A stretch of DNA of 42,057 nucleotides from a virus: UHGV virus genome UHGV-0106421. One strand, 5' to 3'. Every line of letters begins with the position of its first letter. The first letter of the stretch is position 1. The notes under the pieces were generated by a model. The model saw only the letters and a program-made list of their open reading frames with translations. It did not search any database and was not told where the DNA came from. Below, piece by piece: positions 1-8,887 of this stretch. A program made the position numbers and the translations under genes.

Positions 1-49
1 GATTATGCGAGCAGACTCGCACTCCTGCCAGTCTGCTGCAAAAGAAAGG

Positions 50-1222
50 TCAGGCCTTATGGTGGAAATAATCACTCAGGCGGGAAAACATGCCGCCTTC
101 CCCGACAGATTCCAGGGTAACCAGCGGCCAGTGCGCCACCTGTTTATCACGGTCGTAAAGTTCAATTTCCCCTACCCGCTGATGGGCGCTAATTGGCGCG
201 GTGAGCTCTTTACCATCAAGGGTATATTTGGCTTTGATATGTGGAATTTCGGCTTTCGGTAGCACCATCCAGAACTCTTGTTCCGTTCCCAGGTCGATAT
301 TTTCTTTATCGCCATACCAGATGCGTTCCGTTCCGACCTTTTTCCCACGGTGCAAAATTTGCACCGTAGTAAAGTTTTGTTGCCCCCAACGCAGTAATTT
401 TCTTGCCTCTTCCTCACGACCTTTTGCACTGTCAGCCCCCATTACCACTGCAATGAGACGACGCTGCCCATCTACAGCCGAAGCAATGAGATTAAACCCG
501 GCACCAGAAGTATGACCCGTTTTCAGGCCGTCAACATTCATGGTTTTATCCCACAACAACCCGTTACGGTTTTGCTGGGTGATACCGTTCCAGGTGAGAC
601 TTTTCTCACTGTACATATGATAAAACTCGGGCTCGCCGTGGATGATAGCGCGAGAAAGCACAGCTAAATCATAAGCCGAGCTATGCTGGCCAGGTGCATC
701 CAGACCATGCACTGTTTCAAAATGCGTATCCTTGAGATGCAGCTTCTCGGCATAGTTGTTCATCATTTCAACAAACTGCCGTTGCCCACCGGCAATATAG
801 TCAGCCAGAGCAACACAAGCGTCATTTCCGGAATCCACAATTAAACCACGGCTTAAATCACGTACCGATACGCGATCGCCCTCTTTCAAAAACATCAGTG
901 AAGAACCGACAAACACCGGATTATCTTTCGCCCACGCATCGCGCCCCACGGTGACAATATCGTCTGGCGTAATGCGATGACTATCGATAGCGCGATCCAC
1001 GACATAACCCGTCATCAGCTTTGTCAGGCTGGCGGGATTGCGCTGTTGATGCTCATTACCCGCGGTGAGGATCTGACCGGTGGTGTAATCCATCAATACC
1101 CAGGACCCGGCATGAATCTCTGGAGGCTGAGGTGAAAAAGGAATGTTTTCCGCCGCAAAACCAGACGATAAGTTAAAAACGAACAAAGAAGCAGCAATAA
1201 TAAGACGGCGTTTCAACAGCAA
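50..1222 (-). CDS. dacD: D-alanyl-D-alanine carboxypeptidase DacD (PBP6b), host gene
   Basis: 390-aa ORF with N-terminal signal peptide and class-A PBP motifs SxxK (SLTK), SxN (SGND) and KTG (KTGHT); sequence matches E. coli DacD as recalled. Confidence 0.9.
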   Translation of the reverse strand: MLLKRRLIIAASLFVFNLSSGFAAENIPFSPQPPEIHAGSWVLMDYTTGQILTAGNEHQQRNPASLTKLMTGYVVDRAIDSHRITPDDIVTVGRDAWAKDNPVFVGSSLMFLKEGDRVSVRDLSRGLIVDSGNDACVALADYIAGGQRQFVEMMNNYAEKLHLKDTHFETVHGLDAPGQHSSAYDLAVLSRAIIHGEPEFYHMYSEKSLTWNGITQQNRNGLLWDKTMNVDGLKTGHTSGAGFNLIASAVDGQRRLIAVVMGADSAKGREEEARKLLRWGQQNFTTVQILHRGKKVGTERIWYGDKENIDLGTEQEFWMVLPKAEIPHIKAKYTLDGKELTAPISAHQRVGEIELYDRDKQVAHWPLVTLESVGEGGMFSRLSDYFHHKA

Positions 1223-1424
1223 ACCCTCAGGAGTTTCAAATAGCTGTTCTTTTTACGGAAATACTTATGAACTGGCTGGAATAAAGTGCAAGAAAATGTG
1301 ACTACCCTCTCATTTTTATCTGACATGATCTGTTGCCACTCGCTGCCAAATTGTGGCGCTAAAGCTGATTAGCACGGTGATATTTGATACTCTGGCAGAC
1401 AGCAGAAATAACGGATTTAACCTA

Positions 1425-1487
1425 ATGATGAATGACGGTAAGCAACAATCTACCTTTTTGTTTCACGATTACGCGAAACACCCCTGA
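1425..1487 (+). pseudogene. sbcB: Truncated 5' fragment of exonuclease I gene sbcB, interrupted by prophage insertion
   Basis: ATG ATG AAT GAC GGT AAG ... encodes MMNDGKQQSTFLFHDY, the recalled N-terminus of E. coli SbcB, then diverges and hits a stop after 20 codons; divergent to dacD as in E. coli. Confidence 0.6.
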
Positions 1488-1527
1488 GAAGCGCCATGAA
1501 CAAGGGTTTCATGATTTGTGATTTTAG

Positions 1528-1550
1528 TTTGGTACGCAATTTGGTACACA
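1528..1550. repeat. Two direct copies of TTTGGTAC(G/A)C near the left prophage junction; candidate integrase arm-type sites
   Basis: tttggtacgc at 1528..1537 and tttggtacaca at 1540..1550; the same motifs recur next to int at 42015..42057. Confidence 0.4.
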
Positions 1551-2018
1551 ACACAATTTTCACTTCAGCGGGTAGTCATCAAACTCACCATAACGAGCAT
1601 CGTTAATGATGTATGTGATCACCACAAACATCACATCTGGACTAGTTCCGTTTTCATGCGCAGGTATTTGTTCACGCCTCCCTTTCTGCAAATCCTAAAG
1701 ATGAGATTTTGGGGTTTTGGGATATCTTTTATCCTCAGTTCTCTATCCATTATGCAAACCAGTAATGAACCATCACCATGTGATAGTGAGGCATCTGCCA
1801 CGATAAGCGCAGAGAAATGATGCAGTGGTGGGCGGACTGGATTGATGAAAAGGTGGAGTGATCCACCTTAAACACTATCGAAGAGCACAAAGCCTAGTAA
1901 TCCAGTACAAAGCTATGTGTGCCTCAGTTTTGTCTGAGTGTTCTACTGAAAACATAGTAAAATCGGTAACGGCTGGAAATCATTCAATACTCGCACTATC
2001 GAAAGTTCACCAGCCAAT

Positions 2019-2062
2019 CCGCAGCACGTCCTGCATACGGCGTGTCTGCGGTTTTTATTTTT
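2019..2062 (+). terminator. Putative rho-independent terminator facing rightward from the attL side
   Basis: Stem ccgcagcacg / cgtg(t)ctgcgg with one bulge, followed by tttttattttt; ends just before the tail fiber assembly stop codon. Confidence 0.35.
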
Positions 2063-2065
2063 CGC

Positions 2066-2626
2066 TTACATTGTGTCTGGTTTTGTCGGCCACTGAATAT
2101 CCGGAACCCCGGATGTATTTACTGTTTCCAGTGCATCCAGATAATCCAGCCACAAGTTATATTGCGCAAGCTCATCACCTTTCAGCCGGCCAATGGCAGC
2201 CTTTCCTGCCCACTGATGGCTGTTCATGAATTCATTTGCCTGACTGATTTTTGTTTGTTTTTCCATCTCAGCCAGGGTAATAAGCTCACTCCGGGTATAC
2301 TGTCTTGCAGATACCTTACCGTCCGAATAAACCCACCCGCCATAAATATCAATACCTTCAGGAATACTGGCAACCTCTGCCACACTGCACGATACAGGAA
2401 ACAGCGTGGAAACATCTCTGGTTATTGATTTCACAATACCTTCACTGTCATACATTATCTTGAATGTATCGTCCTTAAATAACTGCTGAGAGGTGTACCA
2501 CTCCCGGCCTTCTTCATCACGCAGAATAATGGCACCGAGTTCTGCCAGTAGCTTTTCTTCATCTGAAACAGGCTCAGAAATAACAAAATTTCTCATATCC
2601 ATCATGATAAACCTACCGTTACCCAT
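2066..2626 (-). CDS. Tail fiber assembly protein (Tfa-like chaperone)
   Basis: 186-aa ORF directly downstream of the tail fiber gene; overall Tfa-like sequence; true start probably an internal Met near 2605. Confidence 0.65.
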   Translation of the reverse strand: MGNGRFIMMDMRNFVISEPVSDEEKLLAELGAIILRDEEGREWYTSQQLFKDDTFKIMYDSEGIVKSITRDVSTLFPVSCSVAEVASIPEGIDIYGGWVYSDGKVSARQYTRSELITLAEMEKQTKISQANEFMNSHQWAGKAAIGRLKGDELAQYNLWLDYLDALETVNTSGVPDIQWPTKPDTM

Positions 2627-3690
2627 TGTGTGCCAATAAGCATCTGAAGCGGACGTACATTTACGCTCTGTGCGTTAGCGCTAAAATTGATACCACGAAC
2701 CATTAATCCGGTATCAATTGAAATAAAATTATTCGACGCATAAAGTGTCGAGACGGCCCCCTCCCGTAGCTTAATAACACCTTTTGCTGAGTCTGCGACA
2801 GTGACTGCAATATTTGCATCACCCCCACCATTGAACATGGCATAACCGCTGGCGTCACCAGAGAGGGAAATCTTTCTCGCTGTTGTAAGTTGTGCAACCG
2901 TTCGTTGAGGATTCCTTGCTGTATAAATTTCAATCCAGTCACTCTCAGTTTTTCCGCTTCTGTTCTTAATAAAGACTCGTGGGTTATCTGTCCCATTCAT
3001 GCTGAGCGCAAAACGGGAAGAGTAGAAACTTGTCCCGGCTAAATTGATATGAACATAATTCTGATAGGGTTCAGGGTTTCCAGGATCACCAATTGGCAAT
3101 GAGTAAACATTGGTAATCTCTGTGTTTTCAGAGGTGGCGCCAACCCCGCCAAAACCAAATGCACCAAGTAACATGAGAGCACCCGCAGTATTATCAAAGA
3201 CATTGGACTGCGCGTTCTTTTTAGCCGCTGTACCGGTTCCCAGATAATTCAACATTGAATCAGCGCTATCGCGTGCAAGTAAACTTCTGGCTGCCGATGT
3301 TAAGTCAGTCAGTGCAACTGTATCCACTCCCGTAAAATACGGGAACTTGTTTGCAGCAGTAGTTAATTGAGCGATAGCGGTAAGAGTTGCATCCAGCGGT
3401 TGGGATGTTTTATTCAGAGCGTTAGTGAATGCCGTAATAAACGCATTTAAATCACCGTTATCGAGTACATCAGCATTATTTTTGTTTGCCATAAACTGGG
3501 CTACAGCTGCTGCTACGAAAGTCGCCTGACGCAGAGCCTTATTAACCTGCGCACTGGAAGCTTTACCTGCGGTGAATCCGGATGCCAGCGCCGGAAGCGA
3601 TTCCCAGTCCGTCTGCGTAGTGACGTTTGCATTCTCTGCTGTCGCAAATGGTTTAAAGTTATTTATTGCCATTAGAGTAAAGTCCCCCAT
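2602..3690 (-). CDS. Tail fiber protein
   Basis: 362-aa Gly/Ala/Thr/Asn-rich ORF between baseplate genes and Tfa; start may be the Met at 3672. Confidence 0.6.
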   Translation of the reverse strand: MGDFTLMAINNFKPFATAENANVTTQTDWESLPALASGFTAGKASSAQVNKALRQATFVAAAVAQFMANKNNADVLDNGDLNAFITAFTNALNKTSQPLDATLTAIAQLTTAANKFPYFTGVDTVALTDLTSAARSLLARDSADSMLNYLGTGTAAKKNAQSNVFDNTAGALMLLGAFGFGGVGATSENTEITNVYSLPIGDPGNPEPYQNYVHINLAGTSFYSSRFALSMNGTDNPRVFIKNRSGKTESDWIEIYTARNPQRTVAQLTTARKISLSGDASGYAMFNGGGDANIAVTVADSAKGVIKLREGAVSTLYASNNFISIDTGLMVRGINFSANAQSVNVRPLQMLIGTQWVTVGLS

Positions 3691-4352
3691 GCTCCAACAT
3701 CGAACCCGCCGATGTATTCGTTATCCATGTCAAATCCAAAGAATTTTGTTCCTTCGGACGGTGTTTCGACTGAGGGTGTTTCAACGCCGCCAGCCCATAC
3801 ACCAGCAGCTTTAACGGTGAGATAACCCTGTTTGATAGCGGCTATCAGTTCGAGTGACACATCAGAAATATCAGTCTCGGGAAAAACCCAGACCGATATC
3901 GTCATGTCCTGGTTATCGACGATCTGCATCTTCAGTCCAGAGCCTGCGGTAGCAGCGTCAAGGATGGGAGGCAGAGAGTCGTTCCGACCATCCCAGTTGT
4001 TGATAGCGATTTTCGCTTTCAGAATGATGCGGTACGTCTCATCACTCAGCGTCGTATAGCCAGAATCAGGATCATATGGCCCTTGCCAGATGCCCTGGTC
4101 ATATCCGAGCCCGTCAGTGTCCCAGCTGAAATAAACGCCGCTAATTGGCTGGCTGACTATACGACTACGCCCAATCCACAGGCCGAGGATATCGAGTTGC
4201 ACGCCAACCGCCGTATCGATATCGAAGGCTGTTACAAGCCCTGACATAGTGCTGGACACATCAATCAGCGGGCGGGTGCTCAGATCTATATGGTCAAAAA
4301 AGAGTGGCTTGGTAGCATGGTAGTTAGTGATCAGTTCGGTGTATTTGCTCAT
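3672..4352 (-). CDS. Baseplate/tail protein (Mu gp48-like)
   Basis: ORF directly after the baseplate J-like gene; ATGA stop/start overlap with it at 4349..4352 if the internal Met is used. Confidence 0.45.
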   Translation of the reverse strand: MSKYTELITNYHATKPLFFDHIDLSTRPLIDVSSTMSGLVTAFDIDTAVGVQLDILGLWIGRSRIVSQPISGVYFSWDTDGLGYDQGIWQGPYDPDSGYTTLSDETYRIILKAKIAINNWDGRNDSLPPILDAATAGSGLKMQIVDNQDMTISVWVFPETDISDVSLELIAAIKQGYLTVKAAGVWAGGVETPSVETPSEGTKFFGFDMDNEYIGGFDVGAWGTLL

Positions 4353-5548
4353 GAGGTCACCGTGATAGTGACGTGACTCGCAACGCATGACGCAGATTCG
4401 TCATAAGCAATATCGATATTTCCGCTTGCGACTGAGTCAGAGGATTTGCCGATGAGCAGCTCCTGAATGTCGTAATAGCGAGCACTGCCTCCGCTTACCA
4501 CGCCAAGGTTTGCCGGGGAATAAATACGACTCAGCAGAACGTCATCGCCAATTGCCAGGCCATTTATATAATCGGCAACAGCCTGTTTAATCTGCTCGCC
4601 GATTTGAGAGGTATAGCCGGTAAAAACTTTCAGGGTAATGGCTACGAAAATTGGCACATCGGTAGAGCGCGAAAAACTGATGACGTGTGGATTACCGTAA
4701 GTATCCGGCACCGTGACAGAAGTTTTACCGTAAGTTGCGGTTCCCTGCCCTTTACTCCCCCGGATTGTTTGGGCTATCTCGGTAACATCCCCTCCATCGA
4801 CGATGGCGGAAATAGAGTGTGGCGGCAGCCCGTTGCTGTCGGTTGCCCCAGTGTCGTTCTCATATAGTTTGTGACGTGTCACGCCAGCAACATTAGCGAT
4901 AGCACCGTCGACACCTTCAAACGGTGTGATCGATGGTAGCGCGACGCTTTGCCCCTGCCGAATGCGCAGCTCTGCGTCGGTTTCGGCTGGTGAACCGACA
5001 GTAGCCGCAACTGGATTGGTTACCGACACCCAACCTCGGGTCGGGGTGTTGATAGTGGTAATAGTCCCGGCCAGCGCCGCAACCGAACCGCTATTCGCAC
5101 ATGTGGCCGTCACCAGCACAGTACCATCAACGCCGATCGCTACACTTGCGGGAAAATTCCAGATAATGCCGTTTTTATCCCGTGCGGAGCCATTCGTGAT
5201 AGTCGTGCCTGCCGTACCGGTTAACAGAAGGTCAGCAGTAGAGTTTGTCGCTACTTTTCGCGTGATCCCGTTAATTTTCACATTGTTGCTAAGCGCTGCG
5301 GCCTGCGCTGTCGTCGGTGAAAAAGAGTTGTAGATCTCGATAGCGGTATTGTTAGCGTCATGCACCGCAAGAGCCACCAGCGCGACCATTTGCCCATCTT
5401 TGCTGTCTGGTTCGAGGTAGGCATCACTACCGTAAATCTGCCTGAAATAGCTGGTCAGTGTATCAAGGATTGTCTGGTAATCAGGCGCACTAATCCCCTG
5501 GGCGGTTACCGTTGCCGATAGCCCCAGCGTGTCGAGGTTCAAAGCCAT
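4349..5548 (-). CDS. Baseplate J-like protein
   Basis: 399-aa ORF in the gene order expected for a Mu/P2-type baseplate wedge. Confidence 0.65.
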   Translation of the reverse strand: MALNLDTLGLSATVTAQGISAPDYQTILDTLTSYFRQIYGSDAYLEPDSKDGQMVALVALAVHDANNTAIEIYNSFSPTTAQAAALSNNVKINGITRKVATNSTADLLLTGTAGTTITNGSARDKNGIIWNFPASVAIGVDGTVLVTATCANSGSVAALAGTITTINTPTRGWVSVTNPVAATVGSPAETDAELRIRQGQSVALPSITPFEGVDGAIANVAGVTRHKLYENDTGATDSNGLPPHSISAIVDGGDVTEIAQTIRGSKGQGTATYGKTSVTVPDTYGNPHVISFSRSTDVPIFVAITLKVFTGYTSQIGEQIKQAVADYINGLAIGDDVLLSRIYSPANLGVVSGGSARYYDIQELLIGKSSDSVASGNIDIAYDESASCVASHVTITVTS

Positions 5549-5902
5549 TTATGCCTCGCTTGTTACAGTCGTCTGGCCGTAGATTGTGTCAATGGAGGAA
5601 GTGAAGGTGACGCGACGGCTGGTGCCGTCATAATTGGTATCGAAGGAAAGAATCGACAGAACGCCCGGTGTATCCTGTATGCGTTCGCGTATAGCCAGGA
5701 TGTAGACATCTGATCGCTGCTTCCCAAGCACTGACTGAACATACGGCGTGCCTTCCGTCAGATCGAGAAACCACTGACCGCGCCACAGCTCGAAACGGGT
5801 TTTTACGGCCTGGGCGACACATTCCGGACTGTCGATAAGGAAAGTATCGTCACCCTGGCCGAAAGTGTAATCGCCTTCAGTATCTTCGCGACGGTATCGC
5901 AT
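5549..5902 (-). CDS. Baseplate protein (gp25/GPW or Mu gp46-like)
   Basis: 117-aa ORF tightly coupled between the V-like and J-like genes. Confidence 0.45.
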   Translation of the reverse strand: MRYRREDTEGDYTFGQGDDTFLIDSPECVAQAVKTRFELWRGQWFLDLTEGTPYVQSVLGKQRSDVYILAIRERIQDTPGVLSILSFDTNYDGTSRRVTFTSSIDTIYGQTTVTSEA

Positions 5903-6642
5903 TATTGCGGCCCTCCGGTAGTTCCCCCGCCAGTCTGTACTCCGCCATGTTTATGCGTGGCGACACTGATACCAGAAGCTGTTACGTCATTCGTTACCGT
6001 CACCGGCCCAAGCATCGTCGCAGTACCGCCGCTTTCGCCCATTCCCTGAGACAAGTTGCCATTAATCGTTACGTTGCCGTTCAGCGTGATAGTCGGGGAT
6101 GTGATTGTCGTTCCACCTTCAGCCGTAGCTGTAAGCTGGCCCGGTGTTTTAATGGTGATGTTATGTCCTGCGGCGACTTCTACAAACGCCGCACCATCAT
6201 CGGTTCGCAGCTGCGCGGCGCTGGTACTGATACCGCTGATTTTCCGTGCTTGCGACTGTGGGCCAACGATGGCGAACGCATCAGATAAGTCATGCTGGCG
6301 CGGGTCGACGGTCTCCTGCACGCCGCCGCTCTGCCACCAGAAATCGATGCAACGGTCGGCAAAGAGCAGCAGGCACTCGTCGCCTTCTTTAACCGGAAAA
6401 GTCAGCGTACAACCGCCGCCACGCGGGAAGATAACCGGCACATCCACCAGCGGTTTTAATTCGGTGGAGCCATCGCCAACGATACCGCGAAGCGCTACCT
6501 CTACCGTGCAGGTAACAGTATCAGGATCGAACGACTGAATGATGCCGGGCATCGCTACGCGCATCTGGGTAGACACCGAATCGGCAATGGCCTGCGCGGT
6601 CTGCTGCTCACCGCCGATCTGTGATTGAGTTGGAATTGGCAT
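5902..6642 (-). CDS. Baseplate assembly/spike protein (gpV-like)
   Basis: 246-aa ORF with a Gly-rich C-terminus (GGVQTGGGTTGG); position upstream of the W/J-like genes. Confidence 0.55.
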   Translation of the reverse strand: MPIPTQSQIGGEQQTAQAIADSVSTQMRVAMPGIIQSFDPDTVTCTVEVALRGIVGDGSTELKPLVDVPVIFPRGGGCTLTFPVKEGDECLLLFADRCIDFWWQSGGVQETVDPRQHDLSDAFAIVGPQSQARKISGISTSAAQLRTDDGAAFVEVAAGHNITIKTPGQLTATAEGGTTITSPTITLNGNVTINGNLSQGMGESGGTATMLGPVTVTNDVTASGISVATHKHGGVQTGGGTTGGPQ

Positions 6643-6653
6643 AAAAACCCCAT

Positions 6654-6674
6654 AAAAAAACCAGCCGAAGCTGG
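6654..6674 (-). terminator. Putative terminator hairpin between the tail-operon island and the V-like gene
   Basis: ccagc-cgaa-gctgg hairpin (6661..6674) followed on the minus strand by a 7-nt T run (plus-strand A run 6654..6660). Confidence 0.4.
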
Positions 6675-6853
6675 TTTGGTATCAATTACTAAGCTACATC
6701 AGTGTGAAGTAAGGCTTTTCCGCTGCAATGGCACACATTCACAAGGTGTATTAGGATATGTTTGCAACAAGTAAGCATTAAAAATCAATTTCAGCCATGA
6801 AGCCGCCATAGAGTGGACCTGCACCATCGCATTCTTGACTACAGGAGTAACAA

Positions 6854-7144
6854 ATGGGATTTAGATTTCGCAAAAGAATCCGGATTGCGCCCGGACTCGC
6901 GATCAACATTAGCAAAAGCGGAGTAAGCACTTCGATTGGTGGTAAAGGTTCCACCATTAACATCGGGAAAAAAGGCGTAAAGATGACAAATGGCCTTCCC
7001 GGCACGGGGCTGTCGCATACCACTAACCTTTACTCTCCCGGGAAATCGACAGAAAAAAAACAACTTACTCATAAGCAAAAAATAATTAGAAACATCCTGT
7101 TCGTAATTATTGTGTTTATTATAATTAAAGCTCAATATTTTTGA
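6854..7144 (+). CDS. DUF4236-like small protein with C-terminal transmembrane anchor (moron, opposite to the tail operon)
   Basis: 96-aa ORF starting MGFRFRKRIRIAPGLAINISKSG; AGGAG RBS 7 nt upstream; hydrophobic C-terminus IIRNILFVIIVFIII; AT-rich by eye; own terminator downstream. Confidence 0.55.
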   Translation: MGFRFRKRIRIAPGLAINISKSGVSTSIGGKGSTINIGKKGVKMTNGLPGTGLSHTTNLYSPGKSTEKKQLTHKQKIIRNILFVIIVFIIIKAQYF

Positions 7145-7149
7145 CGCAT

Positions 7150-7180
7150 GCCCGCCTATCTGGCGGGCTATTTTACTTTT
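7150..7180 (+). terminator. Rho-independent terminator of the DUF4236-like gene
   Basis: gcccgcc-tatct-ggcgggc hairpin followed by tattttactttt; overlaps the 3' end of the convergent minus-strand gene. Confidence 0.45.
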
Positions 7181-7503
7181 CGGCAGTCGTATGTTGCATA
7201 CTGACGCGGCGAATCCATGCTGGCTTGCAGCCACTGAGCATTCAGGATTGCTTTACCATTACGGCCAATAAACTCCATTCCTACCCATCGCCCTGGTTGA
7301 TTGGTCGCTAAGCGCCATTCAATTTTGACGTTGTTATAATCACCGTCATTTTTAAGAAATGTCACTTTTTGCGATTCAGGTTTAGCTCCGTTTACGCGAG
7401 CGAAACCATCATCAGCCCAATGGATTTTGAAATCACCACACTGAGAATCAGCAATAGCTTGGAAAGAAAATAATGCTGCAATGATAAAAATTACGAGTTT
7501 CAC
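7168..7503 (-). CDS. Small secreted (periplasmic) protein of unknown function, moron inside the tail operon
   Basis: GTG start at 7503 preceded by GAGG; signal peptide (V)KLVIFIIAALFSFQAIA; two Cys in the mature part; AT-rich by eye compared with flanking tail genes. Confidence 0.5.
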   Translation of the reverse strand: MKLVIFIIAALFSFQAIADSQCGDFKIHWADDGFARVNGAKPESQKVTFLKNDGDYNNVKIEWRLATNQPGRWVGMEFIGRNGKAILNAQWLQASMDSPRQYATYDCRKVK

Positions 7504-7513
7504 GTCCCGTACC

Positions 7514-8578
7514 TCAGTAGTTTGTTTTTTGCATAGCACCAGCATTAACTAAATCACGACTGCCACGCGCAAAACACATCAAATCCATGTACCACGCCTG
7601 ACCTCTGGTGTCGCCAGTATAGTCGATAGCTTTGACGATATAAACGCCATCTGTCGCAATGCTGGCAGCCTGTGACGTTGTGCCGGTCAGTGCGCGGTTG
7701 CCGTTCTCTTCCGTTTCAGTGATACGCCCGGGCGACTGTGCGATTTCGCTATTGCCGAGCGCGGCGCGGTACACCGAAGCCTGATCGAGCTGGATAAGAC
7801 CATTAATGCGGATGTTTGGGTTTATCAGGCACCGCACGTTTACGCCGCCGCCCATTGTCTGTTGCGGCATACCGATCAGGCCAGTATTGGCATTCAACAC
7901 AATGGCTTCGTGAATATATTTATCCTCCGGCACCATCTGGACCTGACCATCCACCAGTTGCCATGTCGCTTTGCACTGCGCAGCAATATTATCCATCACG
8001 TTGCGGCTGGATGAGTAAATCGCGCGGCCACGAGGAAACACGGTATCAGGAAAATCGCCGGTAATGCCCTGTGTCACGCCGAACGCGTTGAAATCCTGCA
8101 TCGTCGCCCGGTGCAGATCCGCAACGGTATAGCCAGCGGCAAGCGTGGTGATGGTAGTCGCGTAGAGGAACGCTTCGTGGTTACTGATGGCCTGAATCAG
8201 CACCCAGGAATCGGTGATGTTGTCCTTCCCGGTGACGGTGAAGCGAATATCACCGTCAAATATCAGGCCGTAGTTCTGACCGTTCACCTGCCCTACCTGG
8301 TCTGGTGAAATCTCCAGGGCGACACCAACCTGGCTCGCATCAACATCCGGCGCTATACCGTCATACCCGGCAATGATGCGAATTTTGGCAAACTCCTGCC
8401 CAAGTATCTTGTTCGTGGTATCGGTCGAAAGGTTGTAAATTTTCACGTTCGCCACGCGCGGCCAGCGTGTGTCTGCCCACTCGATCTGGAACGTGACCTT
8501 AAAGTTAGACAGGGAAACGCCCTGCCCGTTCTGGTCCAACAGTTGCAGCTCAAAATGGCGCATCCAGTTAAGAGACAT
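7514..8578 (-). CDS. Tail/baseplate hub-like protein (Mu gpP or P2 gpD-like)
   Basis: 354-aa ORF downstream of the tape measure and small tail genes; assignment by position and size. Confidence 0.4.
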   Translation of the reverse strand: MSLNWMRHFELQLLDQNGQGVSLSNFKVTFQIEWADTRWPRVANVKIYNLSTDTTNKILGQEFAKIRIIAGYDGIAPDVDASQVGVALEISPDQVGQVNGQNYGLIFDGDIRFTVTGKDNITDSWVLIQAISNHEAFLYATTITTLAAGYTVADLHRATMQDFNAFGVTQGITGDFPDTVFPRGRAIYSSSRNVMDNIAAQCKATWQLVDGQVQMVPEDKYIHEAIVLNANTGLIGMPQQTMGGGVNVRCLINPNIRINGLIQLDQASVYRAALGNSEIAQSPGRITETEENGNRALTGTTSQAASIATDGVYIVKAIDYTGDTRGQAWYMDLMCFARGSRDLVNAGAMQKTNY

Positions 8579-8580
8579 TT

Positions 8581-8886
8581 CTACTCCTGTACGAAAATGA
8601 GGTGGCTGTATGTGCCGAGGTTGGTTTTGGTGGGCTCGTCTGGTGCGCCCTTATCGGTCGCCACCACCAGCGCGCCATCAATGCCAAGCTGTGGATATTG
8701 TCGTAAAAGGTTTACGCCGGTCAGTAGAGGTACGCCAGAGAGAAGCGCGGCACCGCCGCTATCCATCACGTCCATAATCCAGCCAGCCGCATCACGCCAG
8801 ATGATCCTGAGTGTATACGTGGTATTGCCCAGCAAAACGCGGAACTGCTGATTGTCAGGAGAAAGCGGTATTTCGTTAAACTGCAT
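8581..8886 (-). CDS. Tail protein (unassigned)
   Basis: 101-aa ORF tightly packed between tail genes. Confidence 0.4.
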   Translation of the reverse strand: MQFNEIPLSPDNQQFRVLLGNTTYTLRIIWRDAAGWIMDVMDSGGAALLSGVPLLTGVNLLRQYPQLGIDGALVVATDKGAPDEPTKTNLGTYSHLIFVQE

Positions 8887-8887
8887 A

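Noticed and set aside
5-515. Three ORFs (85, 85 and 104 aa) overlapping dacD on both strands
   Set aside because: All lie entirely within the well-supported dacD coding sequence, in antisense or alternative frames, and have no RBS.
1518-1820. 100-aa plus-strand ORF at the left prophage end
   Set aside because: Starts inside the arm-type repeats, has odd aromatic-rich composition and no RBS; treated as non-coding.
2602-3690. Invertible tail-fiber segment (Gin/Pin-type host-range switch)
   Set aside because: No invertase gene and no inverted duplicate fiber C-terminus near the tail fiber and Tfa genes.
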